In this document: positions 18,958-28,199 of the stretch, piece after piece | Position numbering within the stretch: the stretch's first letter is position 1 | Layout of the letters: each line of letters begins with the position of its first letter | Assembly (NCBI GenBank): GCA_034520665.1 | Contig: JAXHNJ010000001.1 | Coordinates: forward strand, 2,579-66,578 | Reading direction: 5' to 3' | Source of the DNA: Patescibacteria group bacterium | Lineage (GTDB): Bacteria > Patescibacteriota > Patescibacteriia > JAXHNJ01 | Length of the DNA: 64,000 nt | Made by a program: the position numbers and the translations under genes | Notes under the pieces: generated by a model | What the model was told of the DNA's origin: nothing | Seen by the model: the letters and a program-made list of their open reading frames with translations, nothing else | Database searches by the model: none

Positions 18958-21063
18958 TTATTCCCAATGTGTGTCTTTATATAAATTCTCGGCCTTTTGC
19001 TTAATTTTATAATATTTTTTCAAGGCCGGATCTTTTTTAGTTAAATCTTGGGCTGCTTCACGTGCCATTTTAATAATATCTACGTCTGCCAAAGTGGCCA
19101 TTTTGAAATCGGGCAAACCAGATTGTTGGGCACCGGTTAACACACCGGGACCGCGCATTTTTAAGTCATATTCAGCTAATTTAAAACCATCTTGAGATTT
19201 TTCTAAAGCCTCCAGTCTTTTTAGATTTTTGGGTGATTCACTTTCTGTAAAAACAAAGCAAAAAGATTGTTTTTCACTGCGCCCCACTCGCCCCCGAAAC
19301 TGATGCAGTTGAGCCAAACCAAATCTTTCAGCTCCTTCAATCATCATGACCGTGGCGTCAGGAATATCTATGCCGACTTCAATAACTGAGGTGGAAACTA
19401 GGATATCTATGGCTTTATTTTTCATTTGATCCATAATTTTTTCTTTTTCTTGGGTTTTCATTTTACCGTGGAGCCTGGCCACTTTAAAATCTGGAAAAAT
19501 ATCTTTAGCTATTTTCTCATATTCCTCTTTAACAGATTTTACACCTAGTTTATCCGAAGGTTCGATTAAAGGACAGACTACAAAAACCTGGTTTCCATTT
19601 TTAATTTCTTCTTTAATAAACTTGTAAGTTTTTTTTCTTTTTTCCGGTTCAATCACTTCAGTTTTTATTTTTTTACGGCCCTGAGGCATTTGGTCAATTA
19701 TAGAAAGGTCAAGGTCAGCGTAGACAGTTAGAGCCAGCGAGCGAGGAATGGGGGTGGCGGTCATTGAGAGTAAATGTGGCGCTAAATCATGTTTTTTTGA
19801 GGATTTGTCTCTTAGGGCTTTTCTTTGCTCAACTCCGAAACGGTGCTGTTCATCAACCACCACAAAAGCTAAATTGTGAAAACTAATTTTTTCCTGGATT
19901 ATAGAATGAGTGCCAATAACTATATTCACGCCACCTTTTTTTATTATAGTACTGGCTTTCTTTTTTGATAATTCCTCATCGTTAATTTTTATCAGTTTAC
20001 TGGTTAAAAGCCCCAGAGAGAAGTTAAAAGTTTTTAATATATTTTTTATTTTTAAATAATGCTGCCGGGCCAGTATTTCTGTCGGAGCCATAAAAGCCAC
20101 TTGAAAGCCATTTTTAATGGCTAGAAAAGCAGCCATTAGGGCCACTACTGTTTTTCCAGAGCCTACGTCTCCTTCTAAAAGCCTGTTCATGGGGTTACCT
20201 TTTTTAAGATCTTTAATAATTTCCTGACTTGCTTTTTCCTGAGCCTTGGTTAGTTTAAAAGGCAGGTTATTTTTAAAATCATCAATATATTTATCTTTAT
20301 AATTTATAACCGGAGCACGAGTTTGTTTAATAAATCTTTTATTTTGCAGTGATTGTATCTGAATATAAAAAAGCTCGCCAAATTTAAGTCTCTTTGAAGC
20401 CTTTTCTAACTTTTCAAAAGAATCAGGAAAATGAATTTGTTTTATAGCTTCTGGCAAAGGCATTAGCTGGTATTTTTTGGTAATTCTTTCAGGCAGGGTT
20501 TCTTTAATTTTTTTACGCAAAGTTAGTGCAGTTTTTATAAAAAATCTTATTTGTCTTTGAGAAAGTCCGCTAGTTAAGGGATAAACCGGTACTATACGGC
20601 CGGTGTGGGTTTGTTCTTTTTTTACTTTTTCAAAAGAAGGAGCTAAGAATTCCAAAGTTAATTCCTGCATTTTAACCTTACCCGAAAGAATAATTTCATC
20701 TCCGGGATTAAGTATTTTCTTTAGATAAGGCTGATTAAACCAAATTATTTTAATAGAAGCAGTCTTATCTTTAACCATAGCTTCAGTAATAGTCAGACGA
20801 CGCTTTTTCCAGCTGCGCCGGCTTTTTATAAGTTGTAAGGTACCTCTGATAGTATAAACTTCTTCCGGCTTAATGTCTTTGATAGGGGTTATTTCGGAAA
20901 AATCCTGGTATCTATTAGGAAAATAAAAAAGAAGGTCTTGTACTTTATTTAAGCCAAGACTTTTTAGCCGTCGGGCTGTGGTTGGTCCGACAGTAGGAAT
21001 TTCTGTAAAATCAGAATTAGCTTTGATCATAGATCTATTCAATAAAAATACTAAAATTATCAA
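18958..21063 (-). CDS. recG: ATP-dependent DNA helicase RecG (right-arm copy)
   Basis: Identical to 3525..5630. Confidence 0.9.
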   Translation of the reverse strand: MIILVFLLNRSMIKANSDFTEIPTVGPTTARRLKSLGLNKVQDLLFYFPNRYQDFSEITPIKDIKPEEVYTIRGTLQLIKSRRSWKKRRLTITEAMVKDKTASIKIIWFNQPYLKKILNPGDEIILSGKVKMQELTLEFLAPSFEKVKKEQTHTGRIVPVYPLTSGLSQRQIRFFIKTALTLRKKIKETLPERITKKYQLMPLPEAIKQIHFPDSFEKLEKASKRLKFGELFYIQIQSLQNKRFIKQTRAPVINYKDKYIDDFKNNLPFKLTKAQEKASQEIIKDLKKGNPMNRLLEGDVGSGKTVVALMAAFLAIKNGFQVAFMAPTEILARQHYLKIKNILKTFNFSLGLLTSKLIKINDEELSKKKASTIIKKGGVNIVIGTHSIIQEKISFHNLAFVVVDEQHRFGVEQRKALRDKSSKKHDLAPHLLSMTATPIPRSLALTVYADLDLSIIDQMPQGRKKIKTEVIEPEKRKKTYKFIKEEIKNGNQVFVVCPLIEPSDKLGVKSVKEEYEKIAKDIFPDFKVARLHGKMKTQEKEKIMDQMKNKAIDILVSTSVIEVGIDIPDATVMMIEGAERFGLAQLHQFRGRVGRSEKQSFCFVFTESESPKNLKRLEALEKSQDGFKLAEYDLKMRGPGVLTGAQQSGLPDFKMATLADVDIIKMAREAAQDLTKKDPALKKYYKIKQKAENLYKDTHWE

Positions 21064-21083
21064 CAGTATTTTTAAGAGTTACT

Positions 21084-21905
21084 TTATAATTCGATGCCAC
21101 CCCATTCGATTACAGTAAATCCTATTCTTTCGAAGTTTTTTATTAATTGAGGTGTAATTTTTATTGGGTCTTCTAAGGCTTTGTAAACCATAATAATTCT
21201 TTGTACTGAATCCGGTTTTGGTAAAATATTTAATTTAACTCGATTATGATATTCTTCTGCCGTAGCAAAATGAATAAGGTTAAATTTATTGTTTTGCATA
21301 CGTGGTAGCCAATATTCGATAAATTCTTTTATTTCTTGGTCAATAAGGCCCATATCTTTTAAACTTTTTTGGAAGAATAATTTTGTATTTTTTCCTTTTA
21401 CAATAAAGCCTTGTGAAAGATCGTAGGCGATCTTGTTCTGGTATTGTCCTTCCCAGAAAAGATAGTTGTATTTTTTATTATTTATTAGATTTAATATTTC
21501 CCCACTAGGTTTTGCTATCACATGCCAGCCATTTTGATATTCGGGATTTGATGCGAATATTTTTCCGGGGAAATCTATATTTATTTCTATTTGAGTTTCT
21601 TTTTCTGGGTAAAGATAAATTACTGGTTTTTCTACAGGAGAGCCAATATCTTCAATACTATAAGAAGTTATAACTGGATAACCCCTTGTATTAGTATTTA
21701 AAGAGTCAGATTTTCTGGTATCGATACTAGATGAATTTGGTTCTAATAAAGGTATATTAAGAAAATTATCTATAATAGCAGCTTTAGTTAAACCAGCGAA
21801 AATTATTAATAAAGAAATAATTATAACAATGGCGGCAATAAAACCAGTTTTAAAACCTTGTTGATTTTCAGAAAATATTTTTGGCTCTTTATAAAAATTA
21901 TCCAT
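21084..21905 (-). CDS. Hypothetical membrane-anchored protein (right-arm copy)
   Basis: Identical to 2683..3504. Confidence 0.45.
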   Translation of the reverse strand: MDNFYKEPKIFSENQQGFKTGFIAAIVIIISLLIIFAGLTKAAIIDNFLNIPLLEPNSSSIDTRKSDSLNTNTRGYPVITSYSIEDIGSPVEKPVIYLYPEKETQIEINIDFPGKIFASNPEYQNGWHVIAKPSGEILNLINNKKYNYLFWEGQYQNKIAYDLSQGFIVKGKNTKLFFQKSLKDMGLIDQEIKEFIEYWLPRMQNNKFNLIHFATAEEYHNRVKLNILPKPDSVQRIIMVYKALEDPIKITPQLIKNFERIGFTVIEWGGIEL

Positions 21906-21956
21906 GTTTATATGATAGCATAATTAATTTTAAAAATAAAAAATTATCCTTACCCA

Positions 21957-22028
21957 TGCCCTCGAGAGGAATTGAACCTCTATTTTAGGATCCGCAATCC
22001 TACGTCCTATCCGTTGAACGACGAGGGC
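21957..22028 (-). tRNA. tRNA-Arg (GCG), right-arm copy
   Basis: Reverse complement of 2560..2631. Confidence 0.7.
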
Positions 22029-22054
22029 AAAAGTAAAGATATCTTATAATTAAT

Positions 22055-22555
22055 CTAAATCTTAAGTGAACGGCTAATTTGATCTGAAGCTGGCTCTTCT
22101 TCCTTTTCTAAATCTTCTTCAATATATTTTTTTAACACTTTTCTGACTTCAAGTGGGTTTTGTTTTTCCAGAGAAATAGGCAGGGTTGGTTTAAGTGAGC
22201 TTTTAAAATCGATATAAAGCACTTTTGTTTCAGGAGGGCGGTAAACAATCCAGAATTTTTTAATATCATTGTAGTCATAGAAGCTAGTGCCAGTTTCTAT
22301 ACCATCTTCTTTAATGCGGCACTCAAGAATTTTTGGTTTTTTACGGTTTTGGAAAACAAAAATAATACCCACCAGAATAATAACCAGGGTAAAGAGATAA
22401 TTACCGGTAAAGATTGACCACACTAAAATAGCCGCCGATATTAATAAAGTAGAAACATACCATAATTTTCCCCGATTAGGTATGTCATATTCTGAAAAAT
22501 CCCATGAAAGTAAGGTTTTACCCCGATCAGGGATTTCTTTTTTTTCTTCAGCCAT
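22055..22555 (-). CDS. Hypothetical membrane protein (right-arm copy)
   Basis: Identical to 2033..2533. Confidence 0.5.
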   Translation of the reverse strand: MAEEKKEIPDRGKTLLSWDFSEYDIPNRGKLWYVSTLLISAAILVWSIFTGNYLFTLVIILVGIIFVFQNRKKPKILECRIKEDGIETGTSFYDYNDIKKFWIVYRPPETKVLYIDFKSSLKPTLPISLEKQNPLEVRKVLKKYIEEDLEKEEEPASDQISRSLKI

Positions 22556-23010
22556 ATATTTTTTCCTCCGTTTATTATTTAAATTATACTCTAATTATAG
22601 GTTTTTTTAGGGGATTTTTCAAGTTAGTGTTTTGAGGTACGTAGATTGGGGTTTAAAAACAAAGAAATGGCTCGGAGAAGTTGAAGTGAATATTCGCAAA
22701 ATACGCAAAATATCTCTTAAAAGAGGGTAGTCTAGACGAAAAGCGTGAACGGCTAGCGAATTTAAAAAGTAGATTAAACTATAAAGATAAAAAAAATTAC
22801 CTTAATAAAATAAAAAAACAACGACGAATCCGTTAAAACCGCTGTTTGTTTGTATTATTTAAGCCACTCGGGGTTACCCTCGATAAATAATTGTGTTTTA
22901 AAAAGGTATTAAGTTTTTTTACCTTTGATTAAATTTTCTTTCTTCTTTCTTGACCATTTCTTGATTTGTAATCCTGCTTGAGCGGGATGCGGAAACGACT
23001 TTATTTTTTC

Positions 23011-26000
23011 CTAGATCAACTGAATTAACTTTTCTAACTTTTTATTTTTTGTCTGCTGATATACTTTTTCCATTTGGTCTTTTTCTACTTCGTTGTATCC
23101 AAAACTTGAAGCTAATTGAATATCAATGTCGTCCTTTAATAATTTATTTAATTCATCTTCGTCAGTTAAATTAACAAGTAATTTATATTTATCCATCTCT
23201 AACTCCGACATTCCCATTTGCTGAACAACCTGATGCTGAAAACCGTCTCGTTCAAATAGCCCTCTATAGTGATGATATATTTTTTGATATTTTTCAAATT
23301 GTTCGGTTTTTGATTTAAGGAAGCTTTTATCAGCTATTATTTCTTTACCTTCTTTTTGTTTTAATAACTCTGAACTAATTAAAATAGTCAATATCATTGC
23401 AGCGGTTGTGGCAATTTTGACAATTGGCGATTTGGTCTTCTCTTTCAACCATTCAAACATAGCATAAACATTTTCTGGTTTTTTGAATAATACTTCTTGC
23501 TCTGCCTTTTCTTCAAAAGTCGTAAACTCAGTCTGGACAACTTCTTGTAATGCCTCTTGAATTTTAGGCAAATAATTATCAATTTCTTCTTTTTTGTTAT
23601 CAATACTAAATGAAGCTCTGATTACCCCGTTTCCGTGCCATTGCAAATCTTTTTTCTGAATTTTTGTTCGGTCTATATAAGACAGGTAAATGCCTTTATC
23701 AGCTAACTTTTGTGCAAACTCTTTATTATCAACTCCTGAAACACTAAAAGAATAAATAAATGATGTTCCTCCTTCAACTTCGTACAAAGTTAAACCTTCC
23801 TGTTCAGCAATTTGATGAATTTTATCTCTAAAATAATCTTTAAGTTCTTGGCGTTCTTGTGTTACCTTTTCAAAATTTCCATTTTCGTAGCCTTTCTCCT
23901 CTAAAGTCTGGATAGCATTATTAAAGCCAAAAGCGTCAACACAATCAATCTCATCTTCAATATCTGTATTCGGATGTATCTCTAGTTTATCATCAAACAT
24001 GTACTTCAAAATAACCTGCTCATCCTGCCAGTGTAATTTATTTAATTTGAACAAATTCTTTTTAACTTTAGGGCTATCAGGATTAAAATATCCTAATCCT
24101 AATGGGGTGCTGGCCATTGTTTTATGAGGAGTGCCAAAATATGCGTCGCAACCTATGTCATCAAACTTTACTTCTGAAACATTGCCTAATGCCTGTGCCC
24201 CATCAATCATTACAAAAATATCTGGGTCTTTAGGATTAAGTTCTTGTTTTTTCTTTCTCACAAATTCAATAATATCTTTTACTGGCAATTCAATACCTGT
24301 ATCACGAATAACCTGACTAATAACAAAACATTTTGTATCTGGAGTTAAACCGTTTTCTATATTTTTATAGATTGTTTTTAAATCTTTATTAACAACATCA
24401 ATTATATCTGTCTTAATTCCTGTTAACTCATCAACTATTTTACCGTATTTTTTACCCCTCTTCTTGTAAAAGGTTGGGTAAGCTGACCAAGGGTCTTTAC
24501 CTTCAGGGTTGCCGTGGTCAATGTTAGCTTCAAACAACCTAACAATTGATTTGTTTTCAGCGTTTGATAATAGAACTTTATCGCCTTTTTTAAGTCCTAC
24601 CAACCAAGAAACTAATTTCATTGCCTCGGTTGTATTTCTGCCAAAAACAACTGCTTCTGGTTTAACCCCCACCAATTCAGCTGCTTTTTCTCTCGCTTGT
24701 TCAAATAATTGTTCTTTTTGATTTTCAGACACATCTTTTGCCTCTGCTAACATCTTTTCAATTTCTTTTGGTCTGTTGGTAATAGAAGCGTGGTTTAAGT
24801 GTAGCGCTTCTCTTTCTCCATCAAGATATTCTTGATAATAATCCCAATTAAAATAAAAATCTTCTTCAAATTCCTGCCTATATTTTTCAAGATGTTGTTG
24901 AATTTCTTGGCTGTCAAATTCTACTCCTATCAAGCCCTTACCTAATTTTTTACGAGCATAAGCATATATCTCATTTACTTTCGGGATATTTAAATTAGAC
25001 AGATGATGAGCCGACTCAAAACGAGGATGTCTTTTAAGTTTTTGGCTAAAATCTGGAAGCACTCCCTTTTTGGACAACTCCAACCACTCTTGTGTTCCTG
25101 GATAGGCAGTATTTATATTTATACCAACAGAATTTTTAGATATTAAACCTTGAGATTTTAACTCTGAAATATAATCAATAGTCTGCTGATAGCTTCCTAT
25201 ACCTTCTAATCCGAACTGAAGAGAAACCCCTACTTTTATGCCAGCCTCTTTGCACCAATCCAATACATTTTCAACTTTTTCTAATTTAATTTTTTTACCA
25301 CCTTTAGATATAGCTTCTTCTAATTGTTCAAAGCCAAAATAAATATAGGAACAACCCGATTCTTTCATCTTATCAATAAATTCTTTATTTGGAATATCAA
25401 TAAAAGTTGTTTGACAGCCCCATTCAAAAGAAGCTTCTTCTTTTTGTAAATCAATTATCCCATCCAATAATTTTTCTGTTCTTTTTGGTTTTTGAGTAAA
25501 AGTCGAGTCATCAAAAAATACTGCTTCGTATCCATAATCTTTAATTAGAATTTCAATTTCTTTTAATGCTCGCTCTGGAGTTGGTCTGTCTTTACATAAT
25601 TTGTAAAGTGATGGTTGTTTATCTTTATTTGACAAGAGTGACTCCATACAAAAACTGCAAGCGTATTTACACATTATTTGGGTCATAACTTGAGCTGTTT
25701 TTTTATCACCAAAAACAGGAAACTTATTTTCTGTGGTCAATCTACCTCTAAACATAAAAGGCAATTTATTCCAGTCAACTGGGTTGCCTGACAAAGAAAT
25801 TGAATTAACTTTGTCTTTCTTATCTTTGACAAAGATATTGCCAGACCCTTCCACATTTTGAAAAATATCTTTATTTTTTATTATTTCGTCAATTATTTCC
25901 TGATTTTTTTTATCTGTATTATTAGCAATAAACTTAAAAATTTCTGTCAGGGCATATTGCCCGTCGCCAGCAACTAAAATATCAATTAACTCTTTTTCCT

Positions 26001-26832
26001 GCTCCTTGCTTAAAGTTGATTGTTTTTCAAGTGTCTTTTTTTGTTCATCTGTTAAACCAAGTTTTTCTCTAATACTTGGGTTAAAATACGCTTCGTGATT
26101 TGTCCCATCTTCATGAGAACCGCCCAAAATAACCAATGTGTCTGGGGAGTATTGCTTAACAATTTTAGCCAGCTCAATAGCAAAATAATGACCTTCGGAA
26201 GTGTTGCTTATCCCAACCGCTCTTGGTTTTTTGTCTTTTATTTCTTCAACAAAATTTTTAACAAATTCATCACTATACTCAGCGGGATTTTGCATTGATA
26301 AAATTTCAGGACTTTTCTCTGCTGGGAAAGTATCAGTTCTGACATATCTGTCCAAAACAGAAGTTGCATACATTAAAGGAGTTGGTTCGCCTGGGAATGT
26401 TCCGCTAACACCTTCTGAAATATGCGGGGCACTAACAAACATTACTGAAAAATGTTTCAGCTTATATTTCTCGTCTTCAAGTGCTTCAACAAATTTTTCG
26501 TGGCTTGTAAATTTCATATCTTTCAAATTTTGTTTAGCCTGTTTTTCTATTTTCAAATCCCGCTCCTTCAAAAAACTAATATATTCATTCGTATTAAATT
26601 CTTGTTCAGGACTGAAATAGTAAGCCTTACCTGTCTCTTTTTCAATTTTCTTTTCTGTATCAGTTAAATCTTCTGAAACCTTTTTCTCTTGACCTTCCCT
26701 AATCACTTCCAAATCAGCGCCTTCCTGTAAGGTGTCAGCAAGGCCTTTATTCTTTAAAGTTTTTGCCCTCTTTTCTAAGTTAATGGCTTCTTCGTGAAGA
26801 CTGTTTATATTATTTTCCTTTCTCTTAATCAT
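23011..26832 (-). CDS. Multidomain fusion: coiled-coil N-terminus + B12-binding domain + radical SAM core + class-V aminotransferase/cysteine-desulfurase-like PLP domain + C-terminal extension
   Basis: Rossmann-like B12-binding stretch RAVGISNTSEGHYFAIELAKIVKQYSPDTLVILGGSH. Radical-SAM CxxxCxxC (MCKYACSFCME). PLP-fold region with GTPHKTMASTPLG (Lys-PLP) and FVMIDGAQALG. 1273 aa. Confidence 0.7.
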   Translation of the reverse strand: MIKRKENNINSLHEEAINLEKRAKTLKNKGLADTLQEGADLEVIREGQEKKVSEDLTDTEKKIEKETGKAYYFSPEQEFNTNEYISFLKERDLKIEKQAKQNLKDMKFTSHEKFVEALEDEKYKLKHFSVMFVSAPHISEGVSGTFPGEPTPLMYATSVLDRYVRTDTFPAEKSPEILSMQNPAEYSDEFVKNFVEEIKDKKPRAVGISNTSEGHYFAIELAKIVKQYSPDTLVILGGSHEDGTNHEAYFNPSIREKLGLTDEQKKTLEKQSTLSKEQEKELIDILVAGDGQYALTEIFKFIANNTDKKNQEIIDEIIKNKDIFQNVEGSGNIFVKDKKDKVNSISLSGNPVDWNKLPFMFRGRLTTENKFPVFGDKKTAQVMTQIMCKYACSFCMESLLSNKDKQPSLYKLCKDRPTPERALKEIEILIKDYGYEAVFFDDSTFTQKPKRTEKLLDGIIDLQKEEASFEWGCQTTFIDIPNKEFIDKMKESGCSYIYFGFEQLEEAISKGGKKIKLEKVENVLDWCKEAGIKVGVSLQFGLEGIGSYQQTIDYISELKSQGLISKNSVGININTAYPGTQEWLELSKKGVLPDFSQKLKRHPRFESAHHLSNLNIPKVNEIYAYARKKLGKGLIGVEFDSQEIQQHLEKYRQEFEEDFYFNWDYYQEYLDGEREALHLNHASITNRPKEIEKMLAEAKDVSENQKEQLFEQAREKAAELVGVKPEAVVFGRNTTEAMKLVSWLVGLKKGDKVLLSNAENKSIVRLFEANIDHGNPEGKDPWSAYPTFYKKRGKKYGKIVDELTGIKTDIIDVVNKDLKTIYKNIENGLTPDTKCFVISQVIRDTGIELPVKDIIEFVRKKKQELNPKDPDIFVMIDGAQALGNVSEVKFDDIGCDAYFGTPHKTMASTPLGLGYFNPDSPKVKKNLFKLNKLHWQDEQVILKYMFDDKLEIHPNTDIEDEIDCVDAFGFNNAIQTLEEKGYENGNFEKVTQERQELKDYFRDKIHQIAEQEGLTLYEVEGGTSFIYSFSVSGVDNKEFAQKLADKGIYLSYIDRTKIQKKDLQWHGNGVIRASFSIDNKKEEIDNYLPKIQEALQEVVQTEFTTFEEKAEQEVLFKKPENVYAMFEWLKEKTKSPIVKIATTAAMILTILISSELLKQKEGKEIIADKSFLKSKTEQFEKYQKIYHHYRGLFERDGFQHQVVQQMGMSELEMDKYKLLVNLTDEDELNKLLKDDIDIQLASSFGYNEVEKDQMEKVYQQTKNKKLEKLIQLI

Positions 26833-26918
26833 AGTAAATTTTAATTAACCCTGTGGATTAATTTATTTTAATAATTCATCAGGTAAAACACCTAATGCTT
26901 TGGTCAATTTTTTGATAG

Positions 26919-27113
26919 TTAATAAAAAGTGGGGTTTCTTAGCCCGCTTTCAAGGCTACTACTGATATACCCTCTGTCCATATTTAAAGCACGAGAAATA
27001 TTCCCTTGAGATGTTCCCTTTTTAGTCCGAATTTCCTTTAAATTTTTACCTAATTTTTTAGATAAATCGTCCATAATATCAATGATATTATATAACTTAT
27101 TAAATTTATTCAA
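26919..27113 (-). CDS. XRE-family helix-turn-helix transcriptional regulator (short, possibly truncated)
   Basis: LGKNLKEIRTKKGTSQGNISRALNMDRGYISSLESGLRNP matches the Cro/C1 HTH pattern. Confidence 0.55.
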   Translation of the reverse strand: MNKFNKLYNIIDIMDDLSKKLGKNLKEIRTKKGTSQGNISRALNMDRGYISSSLESGLRNPTFY

Positions 27114-27335
27114 CTCTCATGGCCGGTAAGGTTTTGTAGACAAACTTAATCCTTATGTTCTTTAAATCTTTTGTTTAGGTTAGTTGAATAACCTACATAT
27201 CTTTGCTTAGGATATTTTATACTTTTTAGATAATAAACGTAATATAAGATATTTTTTTTGGCGACCAGAATCATAAAACTTTGTTTCGGTTCTGGTCTGC
27301 CACGAACCGAAAAATTCTTTTCTGGTTCGTGGCGG
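27112..27335. repeat. Direct repeat copy 1 (~225 bp) flanking tRNA-Ser(UGA)
   Basis: Near-identical to 27560..27788. Contains hairpins CCACGAACC/GGTTCGTGG, GACCAGAA/TTCTGGTC and AGGTTA/TAACCT. Confidence 0.85.
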
Positions 27336-27419
27336 TGGGAGCAGGATTCGAACCTGCGGTCCCCGTTAAGAGACTCTGGTTTTCAAAACCAGTGCATTCG
27401 ACCACTCTGCCATCCCACC
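27330..27419 (-). tRNA. tRNA-Ser (anticodon UGA), CCA encoded
   Basis: The reverse complement folds as GGTGGGA..TCCCACC-G-CCA with anticodon loop TTTGAAA, a long variable arm and T-arm GCAGGTTCGAATCCTGC. Confidence 0.8.
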
Positions 27420-27559
27420 GGGTTATTTTTATCGTGCGTCTCTCTTTATTTTAAAGTATTTCTTAACATCAATTTTAAGGCTTTTCTTCCCTTGCTTGTT
27501 TTTAGGTATTTTTCTTGTCTTTTTGCATCAGCTTTATTTTTAAAAACCTCATAAAAAAT

Positions 27560-27788
27560 CAACTCTCATGGCCGGTAAGGCTTTGTAGATAAACTTAATC
27601 CTTGATTATGTTCTTTAAATCTTTTGTTTAGGTTAGTTGAATAACCTACATATCTTTGCTTAGGATATTTTATACTTTTTAGATAATAAACGTAATATAA
27701 CATATTTTTTTTGGCGACCAGAATCATAAAACTTTGTTTCGGTTCTGGTCTGCCACGAACCGAAAAATTCTTTTCTGGTTTGTGGCGG
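27560..27788. repeat. Direct repeat copy 2 flanking tRNA-Ser(GCU)
   Basis: Same sequence as 27112..27335 with a 7-nt insertion and two substitutions. Confidence 0.85.
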
Positions 27789-27874
27789 AGAGGGTGGGAC
27801 TTGAACCCACAAACGGCTTTTGAAACCGTTACAGTTTAGCAAACTGCTGCCTTACCAATTCGGCGCACCTCTCC
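27783..27874 (-). tRNA. tRNA-Ser (anticodon GCU), CCA encoded
   Basis: The reverse complement folds as GGAGAGG..CCTCTCC-G-CCA with anticodon stem GCAGT/ACTGT, loop TTGCTAA, a long variable arm and T-arm GTGGGTTCAAGTCCCAC. Confidence 0.75.
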
Positions 27875-28199
27875 ATAAAGTTTAATCTATTGGTATTTCT
27901 AATATTTAATTGAGGGAATTACTCAATCTATTTTTTAAAAGTTCTTTTTGTTGACCGGTTTTTAAATGATATTTTCTCTTTGTGGCCTCTTTTTTAGATA
28001 CATATGTTTCGTTTAGTCAATATAAAGATCATTATTATTAATTTTTAAAACATAAACATAGAACATAATAAAGTTTAAGTTTAGTCTCACACCGTGAGAT
28101 GTCCCGCCGGGAGACTAAACCGCGGCCTTATTTATTCCGTCGAACTTGTCCCGTTATATAGCGGGATGACGGGACCAATTTGGTACATCTCTCCCTGAT

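Noticed and set aside
24131-26667. Five 61-139-aa ORFs on the + strand inside the 1273-aa radical-SAM fusion gene (24131..24316, 24509..24721, 26095..26298, 26201..26620, 26452..26667)
   Set aside because: They are antisense to a long, well-supported minus-strand gene, with low-complexity translations and no RBS. They are frame shadows.
27258-27842. ORFs 27258..27554(+) and 27660..27842(-) called across the tRNA-Ser genes
   Set aside because: They overlap two confidently folded tRNAs and their flanking repeats. The translations are arbitrary.
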